A stretch of DNA of 64,000 nucleotides from Selaginella moellendorffii (taxonomy: Eukaryota > Plantae > Lycopodiophyta). Of this stretch, positions 12,284 through 26,774 are shown one piece after another. The stretch is taken from NCBI RefSeq assembly GCF_000143415.4, contig NW_003314293.1, positions 651,763 through 715,762 on the forward strand. The letters run 5' to 3'. The position numbers and the translations under genes are program-made. The notes below the pieces were generated by a model. That model ran no database searches, was not told the origin of the DNA, and saw only the letters and a program-made list of their open reading frames with translations. Position 1 is the first letter of the stretch; each line of letters starts with the position of its first letter.

Positions 12284-13265
12284 TCACTGTGCCTTGACTC
12301 GCTGTTGCAGTAGATACTTTTCAACGTACAGCTTCCTGGAAAACAAAGAAGCGTTTTGGAAGATCTGTTCGGCTAGATTTTGTGCAAGTTTGGGTTACCT
12401 GGCTGCACTGTCGTCTGATCGCTGGTGCTGTGTTCTTACAGGATTTTCCGTGAACAGCAGCAGTGCCTGGAGAGAAGAAGAAGAACGAGAAACGAGAAAC
12501 GATCAGCCGTAAGAACTTTGAAATCGTTGGGTGTTTGGAGGCCTACCTTGATGTAATCGTTTGTGTCCAGAGTGAACCTGTGGTACATGCCGGGAGGGAG
12601 AACAACGAGGTCGCCTTTCTGGACGTAAAAGCGGATCCATTTGTCGTCGTAATCTCTGATATCCCAGTATCCTGCAAAAACAAGAGTTATTGAGTTTCGC
12701 TGAGCTCTCTTTGCTTTTCCAGAGCTTTGTACCGCTGCCATCGAGAATGAGACGGCTCTCCTCCTGGGAGTGCATGTGTTCCTTGAAGAAACCTTTCACT
12801 CTGGCGTCGAAGTCGACCATCGCTTCTCGAGAAACCGTTATGACTTCCTGCAACGAGATTGTCAAACATTGATGGATCGAAAGGAAAAAGCAAGTAGAGA
12901 ACGATGGCGGCGTGGCTACGTACGGAGTATTTGTAGCCGCGGTCGCTCCTTATGTTCTTCAGCTCGGTGTCGGACTCCCAATTATCAACATCTAGCTTCC
13001 AGGTGAGAATTCCCAGGCCTGTGAAGAACCAGAAATTTTATAATGCGTTAGCTTCTCTCCTTTGCAGATATGCTACTTTCAAGACTACCATGCACATGAG
13101 AGAGAGGGATGGCGCGGTTTGGATGATACTTGTGAGCAAGCTTTTCGTTTTCGTCGGTGCTGTTGTACTCCCAGGCTTGAATCTCCGACTAAACAATCCC
13201 CCAGACAAGAGTCAGCTGCAATTCGAAGGTAGAAAAACACAAGAGCTTACTTTCGATGCTTCCAT
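12284..13265 (-). CDS. ARD: Acireductone dioxygenase (ARD, cupin; methionine salvage)
   Basis: [55 protein letters not shown] across spliced exons. First-exon boundary approximate. Confidence 0.9.
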
Positions 13266-15567
13266 TCTGGCTTCTGTGCAGAAGAGAAGAGCAGGAGCAG
13301 AAATATATTTTGAAGATCGTGGAGGGGAAGCAGCAGATCGAGACAAAGGTGGAGTGACAAGTCGGAGGAGCTTAAACAGTGGTGCGGCCTAGTTGACTTG
13401 CTCGAGGTGGGACTTTTTCTTCCTCGCCGCTCACATTGTGTCTTCTTTTATAGATGGCTTTAACCTCGGCCAGGAACACAAGAAAAGCTCAAGAGGAAGG
13501 GGAAGACCGGTGACTGGTCCAGTGGGGGCCCCAAGGACGAGCATAAGATAACACTTCGCACCAGTGCTGCTATGACTAGTCCTAGCCGCAATGCTGGGAT
13601 TTAAATGCGGGAACGAGCAAAGCACAGTAGCTACCAGCAGCGGCAGCAGAAAGAGAAAGAAAAGCAACATCTATGGTCCGGTCGCGAGCAGGAGTAGTTT
13701 GCTCTTCGCTGATTCCGAGGAAAGTTATGGAAACAGGAATGGAAGTGATGGAGACGGACGGAAAGAAGACGGGAAAAAAAGTAAAAACAAAACGAAGCAG
13801 AGTGGGGGTGACTTTAAAACTCGCGACGAATCGAAGGAGGCTGAAGAGAGGAAAGCAAAACCGACATGCAAGCTTAAGTTTCGACGTAGAAAAGGGGAGT
13901 AGTGGCTGCTGCCGGTGCGGGTGCTGCTTCACGTCAGGCAACTGATATAACGGAAAAACGAACAGAATTGGAGCAAATGGCTGGAAGAAAACAAAGAGCT
14001 GAAAATGGAGGACAAGAGATCAGGTTGGAGCGAGACGGTGCGAGCGAGTAGCATGGCGTCACGTGGGTGGATTCAATGGCCTCGCTGCATGCACATTAAA
14101 TGCTCGCCAACACGCTGCTGCTGCTGCAACTTGGATCGATCGGCTGTTTGGTGGTGAGAGAGAGCTTTCCTTCTCGGACATGCTACAAACCATCAGGTAC
14201 AAAGATCGCTTCTGCTTCTGCTTTTCATGCCATGCATTGATTCTCGGACGGTTGAGGCTTTTGCCCGTGGTCTTTTTGTGTTCTTTTTTTGGCTTGAACG
14301 CTTCATTTAAGTATCGTGCCTGCGTTTCTTTACTCTTTCCCCTGGCATGTTTTTGTACCATGATGGCTTCTCATTGCTTGCATTTGCAGGACAAGGGAGA
14401 GCTTCTTTTTCCCAGAGGGAGACTACTATAGCACTATCAGTTCAAGTAAAACGGTACTTGGTCTCCTGGGTAGCCGGAGTTGAGTGCTGATTTCGATGTG
14501 GTCCTTTTTCCAGGAGCCGTCGCAAAACGTCGCAGGATCTAGCGGGGTACTGGGAGTCGGCTGCCAGTTTCTACGATGCTACGCGATGTGATTGTACGAG
14601 AATCACGCTTGACAAGATCTGCGCAAACGAGAAGAGCAGGCGATTGATTTTCCAAGCCTGAAACTCCGAGAGAAACAGCATGAGAAAGTCTATGTTGTCC
14701 CCCATGTGAGATTAGCATGTGGAACCGAGCGCTCACATGTTTGTGCTCGGCTTTCTAGGCCGGTTATATTCTTTGGATCGGCATTGGGTGGCACGTATAC
14801 GAGCGACGATTCGGCTTACGTACGGATCTGGTGCTTAAGTACACGAAACTAAGGAAAGATTCTACGACGGAGTCGAAGTTTACCTCGAAAGTATATGGCA
14901 CGGCTTGCCAAAATAGCTATTTGCATGGCTTAAACCCCTGGAACTCCTACAAAACGCTCGCGTGAATTAAAGCCTCGCCACCACGAACTCGAAAGGGTTG
15001 ATATTATAGACTCTTTGTGATTCGAGGGGAACTTATCATCACACCACCTATAGAGCATGCTTTTTCTAGTTCTAGATTATATGAGCCAAATTCTGGTTTG
15101 GTTTTCGGGAAAAGCTTTGGTGTTTTTCGTGATACTTGCAATAAATATCTAGATATGTGCATGTATTAAAATTGAATGAAGTCATGTTGTGAGGAGTCGT
15201 AGTTCAATAGTTTAGGAATTGTTTGGATTTAGTGGAAAGTCAGAAGCTACATGAAACTACCGACCATGGGCACCAGGATGAGGTTTCTTACAGTCTGATT
15301 GAGATGGGGTGTTTGGAAGAAAGGAAATGCAGGAGTTGAAGTGGCAGTTACCTGCATGATGTTTCAAGTATGGTGGTGTCAAGTCTTCCTAGAAGACTTG
15401 ACAAACTGAAAGGGAAAAAGATCATGGCAAGCAGCAGATGACTTTATTGTTTGCTGGGCCTGCAATCAAGTCTTCTAGGAATGAACTCACATGCAAGTTC
15501 AAGTCAAGAAGATTTTCTCTCTTTTTTTTTTTGGTTTTCTTTTCTCTGCTATAAAAATAGCAGGATT

Positions 15568-17059
15568 CTAACATGAAGCCTCAGAGAAACAGCAGAGGAA
15601 GTGTGTGTGTGCCACGATCCTTCCTACAAGTAGTTGTTTATCTTTCAGTAAAAGAATGTTGATGTTTATCTTAGCCCATAAGTTTTGAGTTGAGAGTGTC
15701 CACGGCTTGAAATGTGCCACCGCCTTCACTTTGCTGACAAGAAAAAGAGAGCAAACCATGTAAATGGCGTTCATTTGTACTTAGACTTACTGCGTAGAAA
15801 TTCACTGCCAGGAAGTTTGCATATCGATTTCCAGATGATTTCGCGCAAACGTCGAGCATTGCGAAAAGGGACTGGCCGTGATCTTTGCATTCCCTCGGTT
15901 CAAACGGAGTTGTGGGGAAATAGTTCTCAACGAAAAGTGAAACGGAGCGAGAAGCTAAAGGTGGCGATTCATCACGATTTCTACAACTCCCATTTTCCAT
16001 CCCATCGTCCCCATCTACACAAATCACAAGTTTAACAATGACTCCACAGGAAAAGAGATGGATTTGCTGCAAGCTTACATTGATTTTCAGACGTGTATCT
16101 CCATTGGTAAGCGATGCCTTCGGTGGCTTCTTTAGCCTGTGACGAGGTGAACACGAGCAATCTCTGGTTGCTTGCAATCATGTCCGCTAGAGTTGGCCAA
16201 TCTCCACCCGACTTTGGCATCTTTGAGACTGGGAACCACAACTTGTCAAGCCCGGCCGCCTTGAAGACGTTGGTCACACCATTTTGGGTGCGAACATAAT
16301 CTTCAATGAAGATGGTGATAACTTCTCTAGGATTTGCTGCTAGAAAAGCCTCAACCTCGCGCAGCGTCTCTACTGCCGGTTGCTAAAGGAAAGAAGGCAA
16401 GAAAAATGTAAAACAAAGGTCCAGAGGCAGCTTAGACTTACAAAAGCCGTGAAATCATAGCATATCCCTCCAAAAGAATGGCAGAGCCAAATATCATTTT
16501 TAAAGTCGTATAAATCCAGCATCAAACCCCTCACTCCATTCTGCATAGTGGCAAAAAACAAAAGCTTCAACATTTCAGAGGATATTGAGCGAACCTGGAG
16601 CTGACTCGTGACGGTGTCATCCTGGTTAGTGGGAGCAAATCTGGGGACTGGAAATCTTTGCTTCTCAGTTGAGATTGCAAAAGAATTATGGGTGGTAAGC
16701 CATGCATACTTGTTGAATGGCAGATCTGTTCGAGCCTTTGAAAAAGTAAAAATAAATGAAAGCGTTATGGAAGTTCTAGCTAGCCAGGAACGCGTAGAAT
16801 ACCAGCAGCGTTGCATTAGAGCGTATGCAAATGGGTTCTATGATTCCCGCGGCTGCGCAGGAGCTACAGTGAAGACCAGTGGCACAGTCCTCGTTATTGA
16901 AACATCTCTCTCCAATCTTGCAGGAAGGATAAAGATGGGAAAAGTTTGCATGAAAACGGATACATAGGATAGAACAATTACCTTGCATGAGTGATTTGAG
17001 CATGCTTGGGCGCCAAGGAGGGAGAGGAGGAGGACCAATGGCAGCATTTCCTCAGCCAT
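15568..17059 (-). CDS. PI-PLC X domain-containing secreted protein (At5g67130-like)
   Basis: Signal peptide, Cys-rich N-domain, LPFNKYAWLTTHNSFA, NGVRGLMLDLYDF, DWPTL..M..NQRLLVFTS and ANFLAVNFY. The 3' end is uncertain (stop at 15671, or a further exon to about 15568). Confidence 0.88.
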
Positions 17060-19890
17060 GAATTTGGTTCTAGGTTAACTCCCCCCTAGAAAAATGCCGT
17101 CGTTAGACTACACGACAATCATCTTGGACCAACAAACGAGGTTTTAATATGCTTTCTTAAATTTAATCTTAAAGAAAATATTCTTAGTATCTGCTATTTG
17201 TATTATAGATAAGTATTGGTATATTTCATAGACTTTACTTTCATACTTTAAATTCAATAATTATGCAATCTTTCCTTTCAGTTCTAAAATTAATTTCTGG
17301 GAGATTATTTGTTCTTAGCATTGAGTATCAAACTCATTAATTATCAGTTATACTTCATAGTTTAGTCCCAGTTTAGTCACAACTATTAGAAATTTTATCT
17401 TGGGTGCTATAAGAATTATTATAAAAATATACAATATTTTTGGTTTGTTTAAGCAAGACTTAGAATAAGTTTTAATATTCTAGGATTTTACCATTTAACA
17501 GTTTTTATTTATTTTATTAAATTTATATTTACAATTTATAAATGTTCCTAAATCCTTTCTAGTTTATTTTAGAAACTAAGTGTAATATGATTAATATTAT
17601 GTATATAAATTATAAATATGTTTAAGAGTTAAATTTTTGGGCTATAGTTAATGTTCCTTGTTTCTTACTCAAAATAAATTGTTATACATTGCAATGTTTA
17701 ATTTTCTTAATAGTAAGTGTTATTCTTACTTATTAATCTAATTGATCAAATAAAGTTTATAATTATAAGCATGTTGTAATTTATAAATACAAAATTAATC
17801 TTATTGCATATCAACCATTAGATGATAAAATAAAAAATAATATACTAGAAAGGGTTTTAAATAAATTATAAATACAAGATTAATCTAAATGAATAACAAC
17901 CATTAGATGGTAGCTAGAATATTGCTTAAGAAAACAAAAAATGCTGTTACATGGTTATTAATTATGAAATATACTAAACTCAATCCTTAGAAATGTGCAT
18001 ACTTGATTAACTCAAAAACCTTAGCTTATATACAACCCTTATCTATTAAAATCCCACTATTGGAAGCTATCAAGACTGGATGGCAAATAAATATAGCTCA
18101 TTTTGCCTATAATAGATTTGTACTAGAAATAAAAAATATTGCCTTATAAGTAGGCAAGGGAAGGCAAGTGAAGATAAGAGTCTTCATCTTTTTGCGGCAC
18201 ATTTACAAGTATTACACAACTTAAGAGAATCTCATGCCTCACATTGCCATTGAGCCACCACCTAATATCTCTCATAAGGGAGATAACTAGGGATGTGGAT
18301 GTAAAGGAAAATCTTGACAATACAAATTAAAGTAACAAAAATTCTCTTCTAAAAAAAACTTCCCTTTAGAAATGAAAATCCAAACTATGAGACCTCCAAG
18401 ATTCATTCCGCAAAAATCCAATGGCTAAGTATGCTACAAAAAAGCTAAATGCAGCAAGTACAGTGATAAAACACCACACCCAGATCAAGAACAGAGTTAT
18501 GACTTGTCTATGTCTATAGAGATAACTCTGATGCTGATACAAATCTCTTCAAGCATCGGGAAAGTGACGACACTAAACGAATGATGGATGTTGAAGTTGT
18601 GGAAGAAATTTCACAATTTATAGGCTATAAAGTCCAGCACACAATGCACTTACAAATGTTGCAAAACTATTGACTGTAGATACAACTAATGAGGCAAATT
18701 TAGGCCAAAAAGATCACGGCCAAGAAACTCAACAGAATAAAGAGGATGAGGCTAGTCTAAATGAACTAGAGGAGTACAAGCTAAGTCTTCTTGAGTCCAC
18801 CTATGCATTTGATAGTGACACACCCTTGGCTGATTAGTTTAACGAGATGAGGTAGCCACAACAGCAGTAGATACCGCAACAACACTACAAGGTCAAGGCT
18901 AATTGCACCTTCACTCACAGGACCACGAGTTAGTTGAGTGAGCCAATAGATGAAAGAGTTTGCTCAACACATCAAAAGAGGAGGCAATCAATCAATCGAC
19001 AAGCTAATGCAGCCGGTAGAAGACAAAGAAACAACAAAATACCATGTGCAAGTCTTGAGCTACTTCAAGATAATCACTAAGAAAGTGGATGAAATCATAG
19101 GCAAGCAAAATCATTAGTGCTACATAATCTAAGAACTCAAGAGTGCAATTCTAGCTTCCACATCCACCAATGTAAAGTGCATCAGACACCAAGAGTAGCG
19201 TATCAGTCACCAAGAGTAGTGCATCACTATGTCCAACCAGGAAAATTAGATCATACGTTAGGAATTTAACAATCTATGTTGAAGTGTTGAGCTTGTCACT
19301 ATAAAGACCAAGCTTAACAAATTAGAGTAGGATTTAGAGAATCTAATTGCCTAAGGACAGGTAGTAACTTTGTCATGGGGAGTGATGAAGAAGTAATGTT
19401 TTATCTTGTATATCATCTTAGGCAGAGCAAAAAAAGAAACTTTAGGCAAAATGAAGTTACGTTTAAGCTTAAACATCCAAAGAAGCTAGACTCAACCTAA
19501 GCAACACTTGTCATAAACAAGCGAGAAACAATTAGGAATGAATATAATATTTAGACATGCTAGAAAACTCACTATTATATGCATTTGCTTTGAAGTAATT
19601 ATCTTTTCTCCTGTTTATGATTATTTGTGCAAAATAGAGTTGAGAAAGTGATATGTGTTTATCTTTATTCATGCTTTTGGGGTTTTATAAGCAATTAAAA
19701 AGAACGACTTGAGAGACAATCTATATTGATTCAAATATAAAGGGAAAGGGCTCATGAATAAGAATGCACCCCTTTTCCAATTGATTAAAAATCTTAGGAT
19801 ATTTGAGGTTAAGTGTCTTTGTATTTGAATAGTATTAAGCTAAGTGACTTCTTGAGAAATCCAAATTCAGAAGCTTATAGGCTTGAAATT

Positions 19891-20040
19891 GAGTTCTCTT
19901 CTATTCTCTTCTCATTTTTCTTCTTCTTTTATTTCCTACATTCTTGTCTCTAATTGTTTGAGGTTGAGTTCTCTTCTATTTTTTTTTCTTTTTTTTTTCT
20001 TCTTCTTTTATTTCTTACATTCTTGTCTCTATTTGTTTGT
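19891..20040. repeat. Tandem duplication of a ~75-nt pyrimidine-rich unit
   Basis: gagttctcttctatt...ttcttcttcttttatttc.tacattcttgtctcta.ttgttt occurs twice consecutively. Confidence 0.75.
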
Positions 20041-23000
20041 CACTATTTTGTAGGCAAAGGCAACAATGCAAGTATAGGCAAAAAATGCCTTATTTAATGG
20101 GAAAAATATAAGTTGTCTCTAAGGTATTCTAGTTCTTAGAAAAATCAGTATAATAGCATATTAAATGAAGTTGGCAATAGGGTAAGAATCCACCTAATTT
20201 ATCATTTTTGTAAGTTGAAAATTATGCTTATAAAAAATGAATCTTACGTAGAGTCTTATAAATGTTAAAAGAAAGATAAGAGAATTGAACGAGCCCTAGA
20301 AAGTGTGACCAATCACTAGTGTGTCATCTTTGTAGTTGTGAGCTTGTTGCTATACTTAACATTGATTATATTAGCAAAGGTATAATTTGAGCATATATGT
20401 GGTCTAACATAATGTCGGTACTCCACCAAGATGTAATAGAGTTTATGCATAAACCTAAGCTAAACATAAAACAGGAAGCAATACAATAAATTGGAAGCCA
20501 ACCCAAACAAGAAGAAACATAACCAAATGTGGAAGTAAAGCAGATTATTAATATGCAAAATAAAATATAAATATATTTATTTATTAATTTTTAAAATATT
20601 TAAAACTAGGAGGTGGTAACTTAGGAGAAGATAAAGAATTTGATGAAGGTGATAGAAATTTTCTAGTACTTAGACAAATATAAGTGTTTATATCGAAATC
20701 ATCTTTATAAATTCTATGAAAATATGTAATTATAACCTTATATTTATTATAATACTTTAAATGTTGCACTCTTCACTAGATATATTAAAACTAATGCAAA
20801 AATAAAAAGTAAAATTGTAGAGTAAAAATGTTTTCTTTCCATGAATATAAACAAGGATACAAATGAAAATAAGAAGGAATATATAATATAGAACAAGTTA
20901 TTTGACTTAAAATATCAATAAAACATGAGATAAGATGTTTGAGCTCACTCAGTTTAGTTAATATTGTCTTCCACACTCATTATATATAACATATAGATAT
21001 TCAACAATGTTTATATTTTGTCATTATTAATATGATATGCACAAAGTAATCAAAAACAAAAGAACAGCTAACACAACTTATGTACTCCATAATTGCACTA
21101 TGACATTTATCCCCCTCTTTACTCACTTTGTGAGGAAATTGTGCTTGATACTAAAAATAATCTCTATAAATTCACTCCACTCCACCTTGCTTTAACTATG
21201 ACAAACCCTTGGAATATACTACTATATATATTATAGGATATTCTAGTATACATTTGGTGACCTCCATTTAGCCATATTTGACCTGGAGGAATCCAAAATC
21301 TCTAATGTGCACTCTTTATAGTGCCTTTTTATACTTCAACCAAGGATCGTCAAGTTATATGCATGGACTATTGTGAGTAAACTAGCAAGTTCTTGAGAAA
21401 GCCACTAGCTTGGAAGAGTCAAGGATGAGTTCTCCTTAGTAGAAGGTGACAATATGTGTTAGAAATCTGATACTCTAGTTTTGCAATCATTTGGTTCTAT
21501 ATTATTAATACTCTTGACAATGATTGTGTTTAGTTGCTCATTATTAGTCTTCTTTTTGTAAGACTTCTTCATAATCTAGACTCTATTTCACTAATATCTC
21601 CCTTTGGCAACAAGCTGGCTTGATTAAATCTCATTCTAGACTATATTTGGTGCAACCTCTAAGAGTGGGAGTGTTCTTGAGCACCTGTCTAATGATAGTG
21701 CATGGTCCACTCCAATCAACTTCTCTAAATTTCCCCTTTTGGAAAATCTCTATTGATAAACCTATATATGTTCATTAATTCTAAATCATGCCATAATAGA
21801 AGAAGCATGCCGGTCAAGGGAAAATTGGCTGAACGACTATGTGCAGACGCGAGAGAGAACTTGTTGAAGATGTTATTGCTATCGTTGCAAGAAAAATAGA
21901 GGGCTTTATTTATGTCATTACTTACACATGTTACTATAATTGTGTGTTGCTGCTGTCAATTCCCACCTTAGTCACAAGCCTCCAAACACACAATTAAGTT
22001 AAGAATTAACTTGAGACCTTTGATCCCCAAGAAGGCTCATGTGTGTGGTTGTGAGTGAGGATAAATTTGGCATTACTAGAATGAGCAAATGGATGTGCAT
22101 TAATAGAAGATTAGAGTACAATAGAGATAAGGATGGAGTTTGAGTGTTAACTCACCCCCTTAATTAGTCCTACATGATGGTAATCACCACTTCTTCCTAT
22201 TCCTAAGTCTGAAGGTTTAAGTCTTAAGACTCAGGATGATACTTCTAAATGCAAGGTTGATTTCCTATACTCCACTTTTCTCCCATGATTGAGTTGAGCT
22301 TCATCTCAAAGCTCTCACTGCTCCATGGCATCAAAGTGTTTTGTTGCTATTGCAACTCTAGAGAGCTCATTCTTGAACTTGTTGAGCTTCTGTTAAAACT
22401 TGTCATAGTTGTTATTGTGATCACTCTTGTTGTTATCATCCATGATAATGGGTGCCTACTTTGCTTTGAGCTTTCAAATCTCATTGCAAAACTCTACATT
22501 CTCCTTGGAGAGTTCCTTGTTATGTGGCATATATAGATACCTAGAAAGCTGTATCTTGAATGCTCCTCTTGAGCTAGAGAATATTGCTCTGGATTTTTAT
22601 GAGCTTTGCATCGAGGGGCTGGTAGACAATGGCATTGATCATAGCTTGGACTCTGTCTCACATGAAAACACCCATTGGATAGATGTGAGAAAGACTCGCA
22701 AAATCTGCTAGCATCAAGCATTTGTGAGATAGGCTGGAGATGTTGTATTTTGTCCACAAACTAGAGAAATGTTTAGCTTAAGATCCAGTATAGAATATCA
22801 GGCTTATAGTGTCACTCCTACTCAAGATGCTCTCGACTGTGGTGTTTGCGGTGATGTGGCATGTTATTGATGTTAGTGTCGAGAGCTGATTTGGTGGTGT
22901 TGCTGTGTTCAGTGGAGATGCTAGAGGCTGCTCCTGTTGGGTTGTGTTGATGTTACACTCCTCTGGCTGTGATGATTATAAGTTTGGAACCTCCTTCTTG

Positions 23001-26000
23001 GCATTCATCTCATTCTTGGCATCATCTAGCAAGGTGGTTATGTGTTTAGGATCTTGTTCCTAAGTCTTCTCTTGAATTTCCTTGCCTTGTGCTTCATGAT
23101 CTTTGTTGTTGGTTGTTTCCTGAACAGCTTTTCTGCTCTTGCATGTAGATGTTGCCTTGGCATTGTGTGTGGGTGGTATTATCTCAATTGATGCTCTTTA
23201 TCTCTTTGTTGGTGGAGTTAATGTTGGTGATGACGACTCTTCTAGATCTTCTTCTAACTTGCTTTCATTATCTTTATCTCCTTTGCCATCATCATAGAGG
23301 AGGATGAAATCTTCTTGTCTTTTTGAAGTGCATTCCCTTTTTCTTCATATTTGTGGTGTCTTTGTGTTTGTGGATTTGCTCGGTTTTTTGTTGCTATCAT
23401 ATGTTGTTATCTCTTTGATTTGTAGTGGAATGGTGGTATCATGTGTATGAGTGTTGCAATGTAGGGAAGTGCAAGTGTTTCACATTTGAGGCCATCTTGG
23501 ATCATTGTCATTGTGACATGGAGTTCCTTGATGAGCTTATCACGAAGGTAGTTTGCAATTTCGACTTGTATCTTCCACTACAAGTCACTGTAGAGAATTA
23601 CAATTGCTTTGCCGGTGAAAGTCATGGACTTCCACATCTCTAGTGTCGAGATTAAAAACTTGAGTTGCAGCTTGGCTTTGATCATTTATAGAGAATTTCC
23701 ACTATTATAGTTCTTAAGTACCTTGATACACTTCAATAGAATCCCCTTCGTGGGAATTGATATCACTTGCTCTCCACCAGTGGGAAGTTTGAATGCCCAT
23801 GTGAAGTATTTAGTGCTTAAGACAAATTTGTAGTTGTTGGTGTGCATGAAGTCTTCATTTTATGCTGGAAGAATCTTCTTAGCAATATTGATCTCATACT
23901 ACTTTTCCATGATTTTGGAGAATTCATAAAGCCCAACTTCATGTAGCCAAGTGTTGAGCTCTTCAATCCTCTTTCAAGTAGGATTGCAAGGTGAGAGGAG
24001 ACTCACCTTGATTATGCTGACTACCTTGGGATAGAAGATAAACTTCTTGGTGATGCTGCATGCTTATGTGCCCTGTTTTCCCATTTTGTTTTCTTGATCT
24101 CAGTGTGAAATATTGTAGTCGAAGGCATTAGGGTTAAGGATTTCACCATTTCATCAAATTTGACTATATGTTAAGTGGTTTGAGTTCAATTCTCTAGCTT
24201 GAATTTTCTCTTTATTGATGTTGTTTTCTTGTTGGACCTTGTTTTCTCTTGATCTTGTATACATTTGTTGTTGAATCTTAGTGGATTGTGATGATTATTG
24301 ATTATAATAGTGTCTTTTCTTGATTTCTTGAACTTGGAGTTTGAAAATTTTATTTGAGTTGAGTTTTCAAGCTTGATTCTTCTTGGAGTTATTTTCTTTT
24401 GTTTGATTGTTGAAATTTTCTTTGAGTTGATTTCTTGAGTTTGGATCTTGAGCTTTATTTCTTAAAATTTTTTTAAGTCGATTTGCCTTTTTATTGGAGT
24501 CTTGAATTTTGTGTTATAATTTCTTGAATTCTTGAGTGTCATGCTTGTGATTTTATTCAATGTTGGATTCTTGAGTCTCAAAGTTGTACTCTTCACGTCT
24601 TCCAAGATCATTGTTAATAAAATTGGTGCTGATCAATCAATATTTATTAAGCTTGTTAAGGTTAACAGTTTAGAGATATTTGTTGTCAAGTGTTGTAATT
24701 ACTACCATTCATAAAGCTTTAACTTCACATCATCCCTCCTCTCAGAAAAATGAAAGGTAATTAGGGTTCTTTTGTTGATAGGTTGAGATTTGAAAAAACA
24801 TGAGGAAGAAGCACTGGTGAATTTATAGATAGTGCAACTAAGTTGTTGAATGTCATATTAACCTTTATAAACTTGTGGTTCAACTTACCACAATATTTGA
24901 TATAGTCCCTTTCCTTGAGCAAAGAGCCTCTTAAACAAAACACATACCATAAATTGGGAAAATAAACTAGCACTAAATCATTTATTTTACTTTATAAATG
25001 GACAATAATGAGAGTTGTAGTCTCTTTATTGTCTCACTTGAACCAATAGAAGAACCAATGGAAGAATGCTTATTAAATATTGATCTTAAAACTTAGTATT
25101 ATAGCTTATGGGAATTGCACTTAACCTGTATTGACTAACACAAAAAAAATAACTAAGGATCTTTTGTTATAAAACTGAGTTTGAAAAATAAACACTAGAT
25201 GAACTAATGCCAAATTTATTCATTTAAGGTCCCTTCACTACTTATATGACTCTTTATTTTTTGGAAGAATCTCACAAAAACTTTCCACTATAGTAGCACC
25301 AATAAAATGTTGTTGATGCCAATGCTTCCATCTAAAAAATAAAGGATGTTAATCAAGGAAATGCTAACAATGTTAATATTGTTTAGCTAACGTAGGAGCA
25401 AACATCATAGCTACAACCATATTCTTACCCTTAAACATGGGCAACAATACCATTAACCTCTATTAGAACAAAAAAATTTCCTCCAGAAAATGGAGTTGAA
25501 AAGTGATGTTTTTATAGTATTGTGTTAGTTGAAGAATATTGTTAAAGATAGTTAGGGTAGGTGCATTACAAAATCTTGATAAAATGTTAACCATAACATA
25601 TTCAACTTGATATGTTTTAACATATTTGGCTTTGCATGAAATAAGAGACTTTAAAAGTGAACATTAAATTGCATAAGTAACTTGAGTGGCCCTTAACAAA
25701 GACAATGCAATTGGTAAAAGGCATTATCACAGTTGTCAGCATATCCAAATGCACACTTGAAAACGTTCAGGAAAAAGCTCTAATTTGCATAAATAATTAC
25801 ATTCAAACTATTATACCATTGCAATACTATCCCTTAAATATGTGGGAAACTTGCATAGACACTAGATATTATCCCAAAAATGATAGTTGTCAATCATTAC
25901 AAAGTGATTGAACCAATAGTACACATTATCCTTAAGATTCCCATTAAAAAAATCCAATTATATATGCAGCAAAAATAAAAGGAATTGCACCACATGTTAT

Positions 26001-26246
26001 AAATACTACCATTCATTGAGTTTGATTTGCATAGCATCAAAAAATTGCATTAATTGCTATTCTAGAGTTAAAGAAGGAGAAAAAGGTTGCTACAAAGGAG
26101 CAATATGCTATTTTTCCATAAAGATGAGCAAAAAGAAAATAAAAAAACAAAAGAAAAGAAAAGAAAAGCTATAGGAATAAAGGAGATTTAGATAATACAA
26201 AAGTTAAATCTAAATAAAAAACACAAATCCAAACATTCTTTTGGGA

Positions 26247-26255
26247 ATATATATA

Positions 26256-26323
<68 letters not shown>
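26247..26323. repeat. (AT)n microsatellite
   Basis: About 38 AT units with one interruption. Confidence 0.97.
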
Positions 26324-26327
<4 letters not shown>

Positions 26328-26600
26328 CCATATGTTTGAAAGATTCTAAATAAATTTTACTCAAAATTATAATATAAATAATATAAGTAAATATTAATTA
26401 ATAACTTTTCCATCAGTTGTTTTTTATGCCACCCAATGAATATTTGTATTCAAATTTATAAGTAATCCAAAAAATGTACAGCTTCACTCACCTTTGTGAT
26501 TTACTTTCATGGCAGGTTTTATTAAAATAATTATGGTTTTAAACATTCAAATACATATAAGAGAATATCCAAGCGCCGTTTAGGGTTTAGGGTTCTTCCT

Positions 26601-26721
26601 AAATGCAGGAGGCATAGCTCTGGCCTCTTCCACATGCCCTCTGCGCACCGCGCGAGCGATCGCAGGGGACATGTGGAGGATGCAAGATGTATGCCTGTTC
26701 CGCGAGCCTTCTATTGCATTT
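26601..26721. ncRNA. Long imperfect stem-loop, candidate miRNA precursor
   Basis: 26610-26645 pairs with 26661-26696; AAATGCA (26601) pairs with TGCATTT (26715-26721). GC-rich, directly after a double telo-box. Confidence 0.45.
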
Positions 26722-26774
26722 CTCAAGGTATTCTAGATACAGTGATCTCAGAAAAGCTCTACTTGTAGCTTGAT

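Larger units (their letters stand above)
17150..26560. mobile_element. AT-rich gene-free island, probably nested decayed transposon/retroelement remnants
   Basis: Abrupt drop in GC content and no intact ORF over 9.4 kb. Stop-riddled coding-like tracts occur at about 18400-19400 (+) and 21000-24500 (-), the latter with a decayed Cys/His knuckle-like string near 23430-23480. No termini identified. Confidence 0.45.

Noticed and set aside
13400-14750. Coding-like low-complexity tract with several short ORFs
   Set aside because: Stops in all frames and no recognisable domain; possibly a decayed element, but unsupported.
26579-26594. TTTAGGG units as an interstitial telomere or chromosome end
   Set aside because: Only about two units; consistent with telo-box elements seen elsewhere in the window.
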